NCBI GenBank assembly: GCA_038087875.1
Contig: JAXLNO010000326.1
Coordinates: 1-64,000, forward strand
Source of the DNA: Malacoraja senta
Lineage: Eukaryota
Direction of reading: 5' to 3'
Length of the DNA stretch: 64,000 nucleotides
Part shown: piece by piece, positions 39,120 through 51,838 of the stretch
Layout: the number at the start of each line of letters is the position of its first letter
Numbering within the stretch: position 1 is the first letter of the stretch
Position numbers and translations under genes: made by a program
The notes under the pieces: model-generated
The model's database searches: none
What the model saw: the letters and a program-made list of their open reading frames with translations, nothing else
Told to the model about the DNA's origin: nothing

Positions 39120-39280
39120 CGATGAATGGCAATCTGCTGTCGCCGCTCCCCGGGCCCTGAGTCTCCCCGGCCGGACAGAGGGGTCTCTCTCCTCTCCCTA
39201 CTCCCCCAGCAAGGCCATAACCCGCCGCCACCGCTGCAACAGGAAGGTAGCGCCGCCCATCCAGTGACTTGCCAGACTCT
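39120..39280 (-). promoter_or_regulatory. Putative non-coding first exon / GC-rich promoter of the NLR locus (copy A)
   Basis: CpG-rich stretch ending in ATCG|gtgagt; the donor is conserved in copy B at 62741. Confidence 0.45.
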
Positions 39281-39351
39281 GAACATGCGCTCTGCGGCTC
39301 ATTGAAACATACAGAATAGTGAAAGGCTTGGATAGAGTAGATGTGGAGAGT

Positions 39352-39575
39352 ACAGCTCTGTCGCAGAGGGCTCTGTGATTTACGGACTGTTCCTAGGGAC
39401 ACATTCAGAGACTGACATCGAGTGCTGCTGGAGGGTGATCAATCGGTGAAAGATGCACTTTGGTCTGCTCGAGCGTTGTTCACCACCCAGCGGAGCAAGA
39501 TGTCTGTCAGGGAATGTTGCCAACTGGCCCGCTGCAGACTGCAGGAGTACGTGCTGAGGGACGCACTGAAGCCAT
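39352..39575 (+). mobile_element. L1/Tx1 ORF2 C-terminal fragment
   Basis: Translates, with a frameshift, to VIYGLFLGTHSETDIECCWRVIN..VKDALWSAR...LQEYVLRDALK. Confidence 0.75.
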
Positions 39576-41397
39576 AATTTCTGAAATGGTCTTAAAGTAA
39601 CTTAAAGTAACATAAAGCAATAATAAGTGATTTTTGTCCAAATAATTGGAACTTGCATAAAATGTTTGCATAGTCTCCTTCTCCCTCTGTCACTCCATCT
39701 CCCTCTGTCTCTCCATCTCTCTCTCGCTCCTCTTTCCCGGCCATTTTGTTGTCAACCTCCATTGATGGGTGGAAGGGAGGGGCACGGAGGCAGACATGAT
39801 GAAGAAGACACTTAACAGGATGACGGCCATTTTGTTGACAACCTCCATTGCTGACTAACCTCAATCTCACCCCTGGAGCCCTGCTGACCCTGGGTTCTTC
39901 CCCGGGAGAGCGCCCCGTTGGGAGGGAGGGAGGGATTGAGAGGAAGGGACGGGACCGAGGTGGACATGCTGAATGAATGAATGAATGAATGAATGAATAA
40001 GTTTATTGGCCAAGTGTTCACATACAAGGAATTTGCCTTGGTGCTCTGCCCGCAAGTGACAACACGACATACAGTGACAGTTAGGAATGACACATAAAAC
40101 ATTAAAACGCCAGGGGATCTATGCGAGGATACAGTTTGTTGATTTTAGCTCTGCATTCAACACCATTGTGCCAGAGCTACTACACTCCAAACATTCCGAG
40201 TTGACTGTGCCTGAACCCCTCTGTCAGTGGATCACCAACTTCCTGACAGACAGGAAGCAGCATGTGAGGCAGGGAAAGCACATCTCGGACCCGCAAACAC
40301 TCGGCATAGGAGCACCGCAAGGCTGCGTACTCTCTCCTCTCTTCTACTCTCTCTACACCAACGACTGCACCTCCACAGACACCTCTGTCAAGCTTCTCAA
40401 GTGTGCGGACGACACAACCCTGATTGGACTGATCCAGGATGGGGAGGAATCTGCCTACAGACAGTAAGTGTCACAGCTGGCATCCTGGTGCCATCGCAAC
40501 AACCTAGAGCTCAATGCTCTTAAGACAGTGGAACTGATTGTAGACTTTAGGAGAGCCCCCCTCCCCTCACCCCACTCACCATCAACAACACCACAGTCAC
40601 ATCTGTGGAGTCTTTTAAATTCCTGGGAACCATCATCTCCAAGGACCTTAAGTGGGGGGCTACCATCGACTCCACAGTCAAAAAGGCACAACAGAGGATG
40701 TACTTCCTGCGGCAGCTGAGGAAGCACAATCTTCCACAGACAATGATGGTCCAATTCTACACAGCCATCGTAGAGTCTGTTCTCACCTTCTCCATCATGG
40801 TCTGGTTTGGCTCAGCCACCAAGCACGACACGTGGAGGCTGCAGCGAATCGTCCGATCAGCAGCGAAGATTATTGGCTGCAACCTTCCCTCCATTGATGA
40901 ACTGTACACTGCAAGGGCCAGGATGCGAGCGGGCAAGATCATCTCTGACCCCTCTCACCCTGGCCACAAATTCTTTGAATCACTTCCCTCTGCAAGGCGA
41001 CTCCGAACTGTCAAAGCTGCCACAGCCAGACATAAAAAACTGTTTTTATCCACGAGTAGTTGCTCTACTCAACAGCCAAAAATCTGTAGCCTCCCTTTGA
41101 TCGTAAAATTAAATGAGAACTTACCACTTTGAAGTTTGATCTGTATTTTATTAGGAGTTACAATGAAGGATTACGTGAAGAACCCGTCCAGCACGCATGC
41201 GCGACATACTTCAAAGCAGCGGTGTGGAATCACAGGAAACAAAATAATTGAAATAAACATAGTAAAGTAAAGGAGAACTAAGATACCAGTTGATCTCTAT
41301 ATTTGAGGGTGGGAGCGGAGGGCATGTAATCCCTCATCGTAACTCCTCATAAAATACATATCAAACTTCAAACTGGTAAGTTCTCGTTTAATCTTAC

Positions 41398-44300
41398 TAT
41401 TTTACTTCGGAGTCACTGCAAGGTGAGTAGTTTAGAGCTCCACCAAATTCGGGGAGACTTTGGAGGAGTTAGGAAAAAGTAGACAAATTGTTTATGTGTG
41501 TTATTTCCCCACATACAGGAACAAGGAAAAGGTGCAGGTCTGCTGCCCACAAGGGGAGAGAGAGCTGCGGGAGCGCAGTCTCTGAAAGGCAGCCTGTCAC
41601 ATCGGGGGAGTGGCAAGCCGGTAGCGGTGCGGCGACAGACTTGGCAAAGTGCCCAGCCGGGCACACAGCCAACGCCAGTCGGGCGGTAGGCATAAGCCAA
41701 GTCTGTAAGGGCTATAGACTCCGCAGAGTCGGGCCAAGAGAGTCCCGTCGGGGACAGGATACCGTTCCCCAGCGGTTATCCAAAAGGAGCAGCTCATACA
41801 GGGGCTGCTCCACAGAGACGCTCCAGGGGAGTTGTGCAGGCGGGAAGCCAAAGAGAAGGCTCCGCTGGCAGTGCCTAGAAGAGGTTCTGCTTCATAAAGC
41901 CACACTGCAGGGGAGTTGTGCAGGCGGGAAGCCATAGGTAAGGCTCCGCTGGCAGTGCCTAGGAGAGGCCTACTTCACAAAGCCACACTCCAGGAGGAGT
42001 TGTGCAGGCGGGACGCCTTAGGGAAGGCTCCTCTGGCAGTGCCTAGGAGAGGCCTGCTTCACAAAGCCACACTCCAGGAGGAGTTGTGTAGGCGGGAAGC
42101 CTTAGGGAAGGCTCCGCTGACAGTGCCTAGTAGAGGCCTGCTTGAAAGCACCCTCTTTGCAAGAGGTGAGTGCAGAAGGGCAGATACGCTCTGACCCTGA
42201 GTCCGACGACTTCCAAAGGGAGGGCAGGCAGCTGCCAGAGCTGACACCGTGTGCAGCACGGTTTGCCATGTCGTCGGACGCTGGTGAGCCTCTGGGTGAG
42301 GAACTTGCCACCAACATAAATTACCAAGTCTCACATCAGCTACAGGAGCTGACAATGGATGAGACAGTAAGGAAGTATGAAGCCCCAATCAACTGTGGAC
42401 TGTTAAAAGTTCCTGTTGGGAACAGGAAGAATTGCGGCAAGATGGGCATACTAATGAGAGCCCAGGAGCATGTGAAGCTCCAGCATATTTTTAAAGTTGC
42501 TGGCATCTGGTATAACGAGCTTTGCCAGGATGGTGGATGGAGAGGCCATGACAAATTACAACAAAAGGCGCTATTGTGGAGTGCCCACTTTGAGATCAAC
42601 TGCCTCCGCAAGACTGCGATTAGACTAACCATCAATTCTAAATATGCTTCACTCTGCCAGCCTGGCACAGTGCAACCGGCACAGCTGTTTGGCGAGGATT
42701 TCGCACAGGAGGTGAAGGAGCTGGAGGAGGAGGCTAAGACGGCAGCCACGTATCCACCAAAGCGGAAGTATCCCTATAAGCGAGGAGACTGGTCCGGGGA
42801 AGGGACGAGTCCAGCTACGACGCAGCGCAGTTGGCGTTCGGCGGTAGCAGCGCCAGGGAAGGTGAGATATCCAGCTCGAGGCCGGGGAAGAATGCCAGGT
42901 GGTAAGGTAAGAGAGTCTGGTTCTCATGTAGACAGATCTAATGTGATACAATTAAATGTTTACCTCAGATATGTTTATACTGAAGGTTATTGAAGGGTAT
43001 CGAATAAAGCTTAATGCAAATTCTGATTTACCCATGCAACATGTTCCAAAAAGGAGTTTGACTTCAGTATCACTGAACAATTGGAAGTTCAGGTGGAACT
43101 TGCAAGCTTACGTAATAAAGGTGTAATTGCTAAGGCAGTTTACCAAAGCCATCAGTTTGTGTCCAATATCTTTCCCAGAAAAAAGAAGAAAAAAAAGGAC
43201 GGGGGATGCAGAATTATACTGGACCTGAATAGGCTTAACCTTTTTGTACGGTATAGTCATTTTAAGATGGAAACGTTTGTGAAGGAGATCTTAAAGATGC
43301 GGATTCAGGATAGAAGATTTAAAATTCAGCTGGATGGGGCAATTATGCCAATACAATGCACTGCCTAATGGTTTGTCTTCAGCTCCTAGAGTGATTACAA
43401 AGTTGTTAAAACCTATTCTAGGCATGATGAGAAGTCAAGGGCATGTGCTCATGGCTTAACTAGATAATATCTTGATTGTAGGACAATCAAAGGAAACAGC
43501 TGAAGCATCAGTGGCAGTTGGTAAAAACCACTTTTTAACATAAGCTATCCAGAGAAATCTAAATTTATACCTGTGACACAAATTGACTAGTTGGGTTCAC
43601 AATAGACTTAATCAACATGATTGTGACCTTGCCCAGGCAAAAAAGGGTAGAGCTAATTAAGAGCTGTATCAAGTTAATTGCTGACACACAGCCTTCAATT
43701 AGCCAGGTGACAAGTCTGCTGTGGTAATTGCTGGCAGCATTTCCAGCAGTTCAATATGGCCACTTTATTATCTACAATTACAAAGATCAAAGGAACAAGC
43801 ACTGAGGATACATTAGGGTCATTATAACAGACCTATGCTTCTATCAATAGAGGCTGTTGCTGATGTACAATGGGGGATTCAGCATGTGTCCACTAGTAGT
43901 TCCAAAGTGTTATTGGACCAAGCTTCCATGATTTTGCAGACCGATGTCAGAGCACTTGGGTAGGGTGCAACTGATACAAGATCCAGCTGTGGAGACAGAT
44001 GGACATTGCTTCTGCAAACATGGGGAATTAACGAAGAGTATTTTATGGATTCAAGGCTTATGGCACTAACAAAACTAGTTTGCATGTGCAGTGCAAAATA
44101 GACAACACTACAGCAGTTGCTTATATGAATCACATGGGTGGAATCAAATTGTTATCATGTGACAGGTTGGCAAATAAAATTGGACCTGGAGTATGGATAT
44201 TTGGATTGGAGCTATCTGTCAGGGAAACTTAATGTAGTACCAGATGGCAGCTCATGGAAATTCCGTGATAATACAGAGTGGATGTTGAACCAGGATGTGT

Positions 44301-46171
44301 TCAAGAACATAGTACTTCTATATGGAAGGCCAAAATATGTTTCCTGGGCACCAGATCCAGGGGCAGTGGCAATTGATGCTTTTTCACTAAATTGGGATGA
44401 TATGTTTGTGTACATTTTCCCACCATTCTGCCTCATAGCTCGGTGTTTGAGAAAATCAAGCAGGATGCCGCTTCAGGGGTTTTGGTGGTACAAAATTGCC
44501 CGAATCAACCATGGTTCCCTCTGATGTTAAAGATAGCGATCCAACCTCTTTTTGCTGATTCCAAACAGTAGGAATTTGCTGGACCATCCAGTAACGCGTT
44601 AAGTTCATCCGTTATGTGATCGTATTGATCTGTTAATTTGCAGGTTTTTAAGAATGCCTTACATTGGTCGAGGACTTTCTAGGCCAATGGTGGATATACT
44701 CACTGCAGCCTGGAGAAAGAGTACTCAAAAGCAGTATATGACATGTAAAAACTGGGAACAATATGGTGTTCAAAAGTATATTCAATATGATACTGTAGTT
44801 ATTGAAAATGTGTTAGAGTTTATCTACACTTTATTATGAAGAGGGTCTTAGCTATACTGCTATCAATACAGCTAGAAGTGCTTTGTCGGCATATCTTGTA
44901 ATAGGTCCACGGACACAAAGTATAGGTTCTCACCCTCTCATATCTAGGTTGATGAAAGGAATCTTTAATTCCAAACCGCCTAGGTATATGGTAATCTGCG
45001 AGGTAAGCGTTGTTCTTAACATACTTCGTCATTGGGTCCCTGTCACGTCTATAACTTTGTTAAAATTAACCATGAAATTTGCTATGCTGATGGCATTGGT
45101 GTCAGTACAGAGAGTGCAGACTTTGCAAAAACTTCAGTTCGAGAGAATGGAAGTGAATACAGAGAATGTTCTGTTTTATATTTCTGACCTGCTCAAACAA
45201 AGCAGGCCAGGTGTGACAGGATTTAAGATTATGTTCTCAGCATATCCTACAGCTCCATGTTTATGTGTAAGGACACATTTGTTACATTACATTGAAGCCA
45301 CAAGGGCTTTAAGACAAGAAGAAACAGGATTATTTGTCAGTTACAAGAAGCCAACATAAAAGAGTGGCAGTTCAGACTATCTCAAGGTGGTTAAAGCAAG
45401 AGTTGGTTCAGGCAGGAATTAACATTTGTGTGTTTACATCTCATTCCACTAGCGCAGTAGCAACATCCGCGGCCAGGGCGATGGACGTTCCCATCGACCA
45501 TATATTAAAAGCCGCAGGTTGGAAAAATGAACTTGTGTTTCAGCAATACTACCATCGGCCGATTGCCGATGGAGGGCTGTTTGCCAACTCAATATTGAGT
45601 GCTGTTGCTATTGTTTAAAGTCTGTTTTCAATACTGTTTCATTCTGTTTCGTTTGTTGCCCCTACATTAAGAGGGTTTATTGGTTGTTTTATGACCAAAA
45701 ATAAAACTGTTTTGTTTTTGCATGATATGCAATGTCATGTTTACAGCATTATTGATGATACTCAGAGTCAATCGATGCAGTGAGAAGCCGGGATTTTGAT
45801 CTGCGGCATAAAAATCACAGAGCTTTAAAATCTTCACGTAGTCACTCACGTGACTCCGAAGTAAAATAGTAAGATTAAACGAGAACTTACCAGTTTGAAG
45901 TTTGATCTTTATTTTATGAGGAGTTACGTTGGTGATTACGTGCCCGGCACGCCCAACCCTCTCTCATAGAAAAAAGGTCATAATGGTAGTTCTCATGTTG
46001 ATCATCTTAATATGTTACTTCAATTATGGTGTTGTCTGTGATTTCATACCGCTGCTTTGAAGATTGACGCGCATGCGCCCTGACGGGTCTTCTTCACGTA
46101 ATCACCAACGTAACTCCTCATAAAATAAAGATCAAACTTCAGACTGGTAAGTTCTCGTTTAATCTTACTAT
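41398..46171 (+). mobile_element. DIRS retrotransposon (DIRS-3) nested in the ICR of DIRS-4; most of its 5' ITR is deleted
   Basis: gag 41520-42900, RT from 43081, MT 44138-44524, YR 44654-45618. Its own ICR and 3' hairpin (45830-46171) are of the DIRS-1 type. Confidence 0.92.
41770..42140 (+). repeat. 84-bp tandem repeat (~4.5 copies) in the DIRS-3 gag region
   Basis: AGGCTCCGCTGGCAGTGCCTAG recurs at ~41857, 41941, 42025 and 42109. Confidence 0.9.
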
Positions 46172-49100
46172 TTTACTTCGGAGTCACGTGAGTGACTACG
46201 TGAAGATTTTAAAGCTCTGTGATTTCAAACCGTGTAACAGTTCATATTTCACTCGCTGCCGAAGTCATTCAAGGGAGGAAGTATGTTATCGTAATCAACC
46301 ATGAATCTGTTTGTAAAACAATAATGGTATTTATTAAACAATAACAAAAGAAAAATGCTCCCCCGGGCTTAAATTATCTATTTGCAGATTCTAAAACTGT
46401 CTGCAAATAATACAGGTTCTGCTAGCGGCTTGTTGTAGAACGTTTGGAACGTTTTCTCCATGGACCACCCCGCTGTAGCCAGGATGTGGTCCAGTGGCAC
46501 GTCGATCCTTTTAGCCGCCGATGTGGATGCTGCCCTGGTGGAGTGAGATGTATATACGTCAGTATCTACTCCAGGAGCTCCCAGTACCTGCTTGAGCCAT
46601 CTTGAGATAGTTTGGCTCGACACCCGACCATGAGGTTTCTTGTGGCTGACCCATAAGGTTTTATCTCTCCCTCGGGAATCTCTTGTTGTGTTGATGTAAG
46701 TGAGTAAGTGAGTCATGACACATAACCGTGGGTCAGGTTGGTATGCCCGGAAATCCATAACTAGGCCTGAAGTTCCTGGCCTGCTCTGCTTTACCAGCTC
46801 CTGAATAGTGAATGAGACACAGTCTGGTGTTATAACCATGTTGTCCATTCGCAGTAAGTGGAGGGACTGGACTCTTTGTGCTGAGACTAGTGCCATCAGC
46901 ATGACCGTTTTCAGGGTTAGCTGTTCCAGGGTGAGAGACCTGGCTGGTGACCATCCCCTTAGGTATGTCAGGACCACACTGACATCCCAGATTTGCGTGT
47001 ACTTAGGTCTAGGGGGGTTGGAGTTTAATATACCTCTCGTGAGTTAGATCACCAGCGGATGAGACCCTATGGCCCGTTGTCCTGGTGCCTGTTTTAAGCA
47101 GGCTGACAGAGCACTTCATAGGAGTTTCGATGACCATGTCGAGGACCACTGGGAACCATGGCTGTGTAGGCCAGTCGGGTACTATCAAAATACCTGAAGG
47201 AGAGTCCATCTGTATTTTGAGTAGTACCCGACTGATGACGCAGAAGGTGGGAAAGGCATAAAATAAATAGTTTCCCCAGTCCAGCGCGAATGCATCTATC
47301 GCTGCTGCCTCGGGGTCTGGTTCCCAAGCGACATACATTGGTACCTGGTGATTTAGTCTGGATGCAAAGAGATCGATATCTGGTGTGCCATATTGCTTTG
47401 TAATTTTAGCAAATGCTTTAGGATTTAACATCCATTCGGTGTTATCATTCAATTTGCGTGACCTGGTGTCTGCCACTGTTTTTAGCTTACCTGGTAGGTA
47501 TGTTGCTGATAGCCAAATATGTCTATTGACACACCATTGCCAGATTATGTTGACCAAATTGTCACATGATATCGATTTTATTCCGCCCATATGGTTAATA
47601 TAGGCCACCACCGTGGTATTATCAATCTGTAAACGAACATGCAAGTGGTGCATATTCGTAGAATATGCTTTTAAACCATAAAACGCACCCAACATTTCCA
47701 AATAATTTATGCCCAGTGTCTGTAGTAAAGATGATTCTAGGTTAGTCCAGCTACCACCTGTGCTGGATATGGTATTAGTTGCTCCCCAGCCTTGAGCACT
47801 GGCATCTGTTTGTATAGTTAACGTTGGGTTATTGATGATGATAGGGCTGGAACTATGCCAAATGTGCTCTATCCACCATTGTAACTATGATATTGCTTCA
47901 ATGGGTAATTTCATAGTTCGGTCAAAGTGACCTGCATGTCGTTTTAACGCCTGCACCTTTGCCCTTTGTAGGTTTTGATAGTGCAGAGGTCCAAATTGTG
48001 TAGCTGGAAATGCTGCTACTATTTTGCCAATTACTCTTGCCACTTGTCAGATGGTTCGTCGATCGCTAACCATTAAATTGTTACACGTCTGTGCCAATTC
48101 TGCTGCTTTATCTTTTGGCAATGTTACTGACATGTGGACTGAGTTAATTGTGAATCCCAGATAGTCCATAGTTGTGGATGGCATCAACTTAGATTTATCT
48201 GGATGCAAGACAAATCCCAGGGTTTCAAACAATTGTTTGGTAGCTAATACAGCTGATTTAGGCAATTCCATGGTTTTGCCTACTATTAGAATATCATCAA
48301 GATATGCCATGACAATATGTTTCTGTTTTCTTTATGTTGCCAAGGCTGGTTTTAATATCTTGGTAAATAGTCTTAGGGCTGATGTTAGCCCATTAGGCAA
48401 CGCTTTAAACTGCCATAGTTGCCCCATCCAGGTAAATTTCAGGTATCTGCGATGATCCTTTTGAATGGGTACTGAATAGTAGGCATCTTTTAAATCGATG
48501 CTTGCCATAAAGTATCCTTTGGAAATCAGTTACAAATGTTTCCATTTTGAAATGTATATACTTAACAAAGGTATTTAGTGAGGTTAAGTCAATGATGATG
48601 CGACATCCACCATCTTTTTTGTTTTTGGTAAATATATTTGAGACAAATTCCAAAGGTTCATGTTTGGATTTCTCAATGATACCCTTTGTAAGTAACCTCA
48701 CCAGTTCTGCTTGACCCTCTAGTTTTACTTTAACTGTGAGGGTAAAGACCCTTTGGGGTGCATGCTGAACTGGTGGCATATTTTCTTGAATTAATTCTAT
48801 TTTGTATCCACGAATACTGTTAAGTATCTAACTATCATTCGTGATAGACCTCCATGCTTCCATGAACAGGTGTAATCTCCCCCCTGTTTGTACAGTTCCC
48901 CCACTTTTTATATGCTGGTAGGAACCAGACCCACCTACCTCCATAGTTATGGGAGTGTTCCTTTCTTCGGTTTCTTCATCCGTCATTGTGCTGCTGGATG
49001 TACTGCTGGTTGGGGGTGGCGCATTTTCCATGGGGTCCGCTCTGGGCCCTGGCCTAAAAAAGGCTTTCGGGGATGGTATGCGGACCCCGAGCTTTCACCA

Positions 49101-50869
49101 GTCCCATGAGTTTGACGTCGACTGGTGGACGCGGTGGGGTACTGCCGTCTGGGTTGTGTGTGTCTGCTCGTTCCGGGGCCTGCCCCCGTGAGGCCGAATG
49201 CTTTGGACTCTTCCTCTAGGTCTTTTACTTGTTTTGACAAGTCCTTACCAAATAGCAGGATCTGTGGCTCTGAGGCCGGTGTTTTGCACAGTCCTGCAAA
49301 TTTGGGATTGAGGGCAGGTCTTATTATCTCCTTGCGGAGGTTGTTTATTTCGTATTGGGTGTTACTCAGCAGAGCCAGAGTGCCTTGCTGGTTGGTGGTC
49401 ATGTCCACCCCATCCATGGAACGAGCATAGGATGTTATGGCTGACGTAAGGAGCTTGAGGATACGCTGCAATTTTAGTTCCTGGTTCCGGATACTCCGTA
49501 CCCCCAGATTTGGCAGTTAACGGCCGGTACGTTGAGCGAAATGCAGTTCTCGGAGGCGAGTAGAGTTCTAGTGCCTCATTGACTACCTGTTCTTGTAGGG
49601 GTTTTAAGGGCAGGTAGTCAATGCTGGCCGCCAGGTTTGGCTGCAACGGCCGCCCTGCTCGTGGTGTAGCCACGTAGCGATTCACCACACCCAGCAGCTC
49701 TTCCTGGTCCTGTACCCCGTGCGTACTCCCGACATCTTCGGCCAGTGACCCCTGTTCCTGACCAGCCCAGCCCTGGTCGCCAACGCTGCCTCGGCTGAGG
49801 GGGAAGCGATGGCCAGTGCATTGTAAGGCACTGTGCGGGAGTGCCTGAACTCCCTTGGCCGAGACTGCTCCAGCTCCCGAAGCAAGTCTCGCTGGAGCAT
49901 TTGCTCCATGAGCCTTTCCATGCGGCTCAGGCGGCTACCTCTGCCGCTCTCAGGTGGAGAGTCTTCCTCGTCAGAGTCATCAGAGATTACAGGCCGGTTA
50001 GTTTTCCGTTTTGATTTGCCTCCAGTCCGCTGCTGTTGGTCAGGCTGCGCCAGCGGTACTGGGCTCGGCTCGGTATCATGATTGTGGACCGCCAGCATGT
50101 GCGGTCCAGGTGCCGCCTCACGCCCCCCACTGATGGAATGCTCCTGTTCTGTTGGAGTCGAATGGGGGGGCGGTCTTTTTTCCTTGTCGTGCTTTGCTCA
50201 TTTTCCAGCTTTTCTCGATCTGGAGTGCACAAAGTAGAGCAACTTTTTCCAATTACGACCTCAGAGTAAGTACTTACCTGACGGTCTGCCTTTTTAACTT
50301 GTAGCGGGAGCGCCTGTACTCCCGTTCGTCGCTGTTGCACTGCGTGAACGCTCATGTCGCGCATGCGTGCTGCACGGGTTCTTCACATAGTCACTCACGT
50401 GACTCCGAAGTAAAATCTGGTATTTTGTTGGTTCACATGCTTGATCAATGGTGTTTTATCATTAATGTTTTATTATTATTAATATTTAGTGTGTTCTGAG
50501 TCATTCGTAACTGTCACTGTATGTCATGTTGTTACTTGTGGCGGAGCACCAAGGCAAATTCCTTGTATGTGATTACTTGGCCAATAAACTACATACTTAC
50601 TTAAACATTAATAAATAACATATTATCGATTAAACATGTGAATTAAATAAAATACCAGAGCTACAGATTTTTGGTTATTGAGTAGAGCTACTACTCGTGG
50701 AAAAAAAGCTTTTACTTCTGGCAGTAGCGGCCATGACAGTCCGGAGTCGCCTTCAGAGGGAAGTGATTCAAAGAGAAGGCACTTAACCTGACGGTGGCCG
50801 TTTTGTTGTCGACCTCCATTGTTGACCAACCTTCAATCCCTCCTTAATCTCACCCTGGAGACATTTAAA

Positions 50870-51380
50870 TCTCATCCCCTCTCTCCTATACCCTTTCTCT
50901 CTTTCCTCTCTCTCCCCATCTCTCCCCCTCTCTCTCCCCCCCTTTCTTCCCTCACTCTCTCCCCTCTCTCTACCCCCTGCTCTTCCCCGCCTCTCTCTCT
51001 CTCTCCCTCTCTCTTCCCCCCTCTTCTCTCCCCCTGTCTCTCTCTCTCCCCTCTCTTTCCCCCTCTCTCTCCCCCTCTCTCTCTCTTTACTCCCTCTATC
51101 TATATATAACTAAACTTGTCAGCTAAACTATAATAAACTAAACTAATAACTGTCACTCTTTCTCCCTCTCCCTCTCTCTCTCCCTCCCTCCTCCCCCCTC
51201 CCTCTCCTCCTCTCTCCCCTCTCCCTCACCCCTCTCTCTCACCCCTCTCTCTCTCTTTATAAACTAAACTTTTCAGCTAAACTATAATAAACCAACTAAA
51301 AGCTAAATCAAACTCTTTCTCCCCCTCTCCCTCTCTCCCCCCTTTTTCTCTCTCTCTCGCTCTCTCGCTCTCTCGCTCTG
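50870..51380. repeat. CT-rich low-complexity tract with TAAAC motifs
   Basis: Composition. Confidence 0.9.
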
Positions 51381-51638
51381 TCGCCTGCCCTGTGCCTTGA
51401 ACTGCAATGGAAATGAAATGAGTTGTTTGGCCTGCCTGAAAGCACTCATTTCGGCCCACAAGGCCCCTATTAGCTGAGAAACATGTCCCTTTTGCCCCCA
51501 AATACCGTATTCGCCCAGGAGGAGCATTTTGGCCCAAAAGGCCCGTGCCCGGCCAGGAAAAGTCCAGAAAAAGAGTGCCTTTCACAGAGATTTCACTCAG
51601 ATTTTTTGTGTGTCCCCTTCGGCCCATCAGTCCTGTAC

Positions 51639-51838
51639 NNNNNNNNNNNNNNNNNNNNNNNNNNNNNNNNNNNNNNNNNNNNNNNNNNNNNNNNNNNNNN
51701 NNNNNNNNNNNNNNNNNNNNNNNNNNNNNNNNNNNNNNNNNNNNNNNNNNNNNNNNNNNNNNNNNNNNNNNNNNNNNNNNNNNNNNNNNNNNNNNNNNNN
51801 NNNNNNNNNNNNNNNNNNNNNNNNNNNNNNNNNNNNNN
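51639..51838. other. Assembly gap (200 N)
   Basis: Run of N. Confidence 1.

Larger units (their letters stand above)
31335..39170 (+). repeat. Segmental duplication copy A (excluding DIRS-2)
   Basis: Colinear high similarity: 32085-32735 with 58122-60170, and 37619-39170 with 60174-62795. Confidence 0.93.
3330..39280 (-). pseudogene. 5' portion of an elasmobranch-type NLR (NACHT/LRR, 'NLRP3/NLRC3-like') gene, disrupted; a NACHT exon would lie to the left and is not seen in the window
   Basis: Phase-compatible GT-AG exons reconstruct DLTPTLSELLTHWSDYQLFKLTTFHLERLKQAIEEEVEILGLMMRRERCFNEQEHG|NIAELVVKGNRRDSSTLFLSLGMGNCNRARRVMWESFVKMQNELPKLDKILKEIQEL|GPDPQEHMNITRGLSELPSHME. I recognise this as the N-terminal death-fold-like region of shark/ray NLR proteins. 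Confidence 0.75.
41100..50417 (-). mobile_element. DIRS retrotransposon (DIRS-4): body 46172-50417, 3' terminus 41100-41397
   Basis: gag ~48983-50200, RT 48047-48779, RNase H/MT 47009-47701, YR 46378-46977 (SHSTRAA). ITR 41175-41207 is inverse to 50354-50386. Confidence 0.93.
40108..50602 (+). mobile_element. Rex1/Babar-type LINE 3' part, split into 40108-41099 and 50418-50602 by DIRS-4
   Basis: FVDFSSAFNTI, GAPQGCVLSP, CADD and KKAQQRMYFLRQL motifs; the 3'UTR resumes at 50418 and ends AATAAA...(TACT)n. Confidence 0.9.
39971..50772 (-). mobile_element. Short Rex1/Babar 3' copy, split into 39971-40107 and 50603-50772
   Basis: Both pieces are reverse-complement matches to the 3' end of the plus-strand Rex1-like copy; (TTCA)n tail. 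Confidence 0.75.

Noticed and set aside
46378..47701. Prophage integrase plus Dam methylase (bacterial contamination or horizontal transfer)
   Set aside because: Embedded in gag-RT-RNase H order with ITR/ICR termini, which is standard DIRS architecture.
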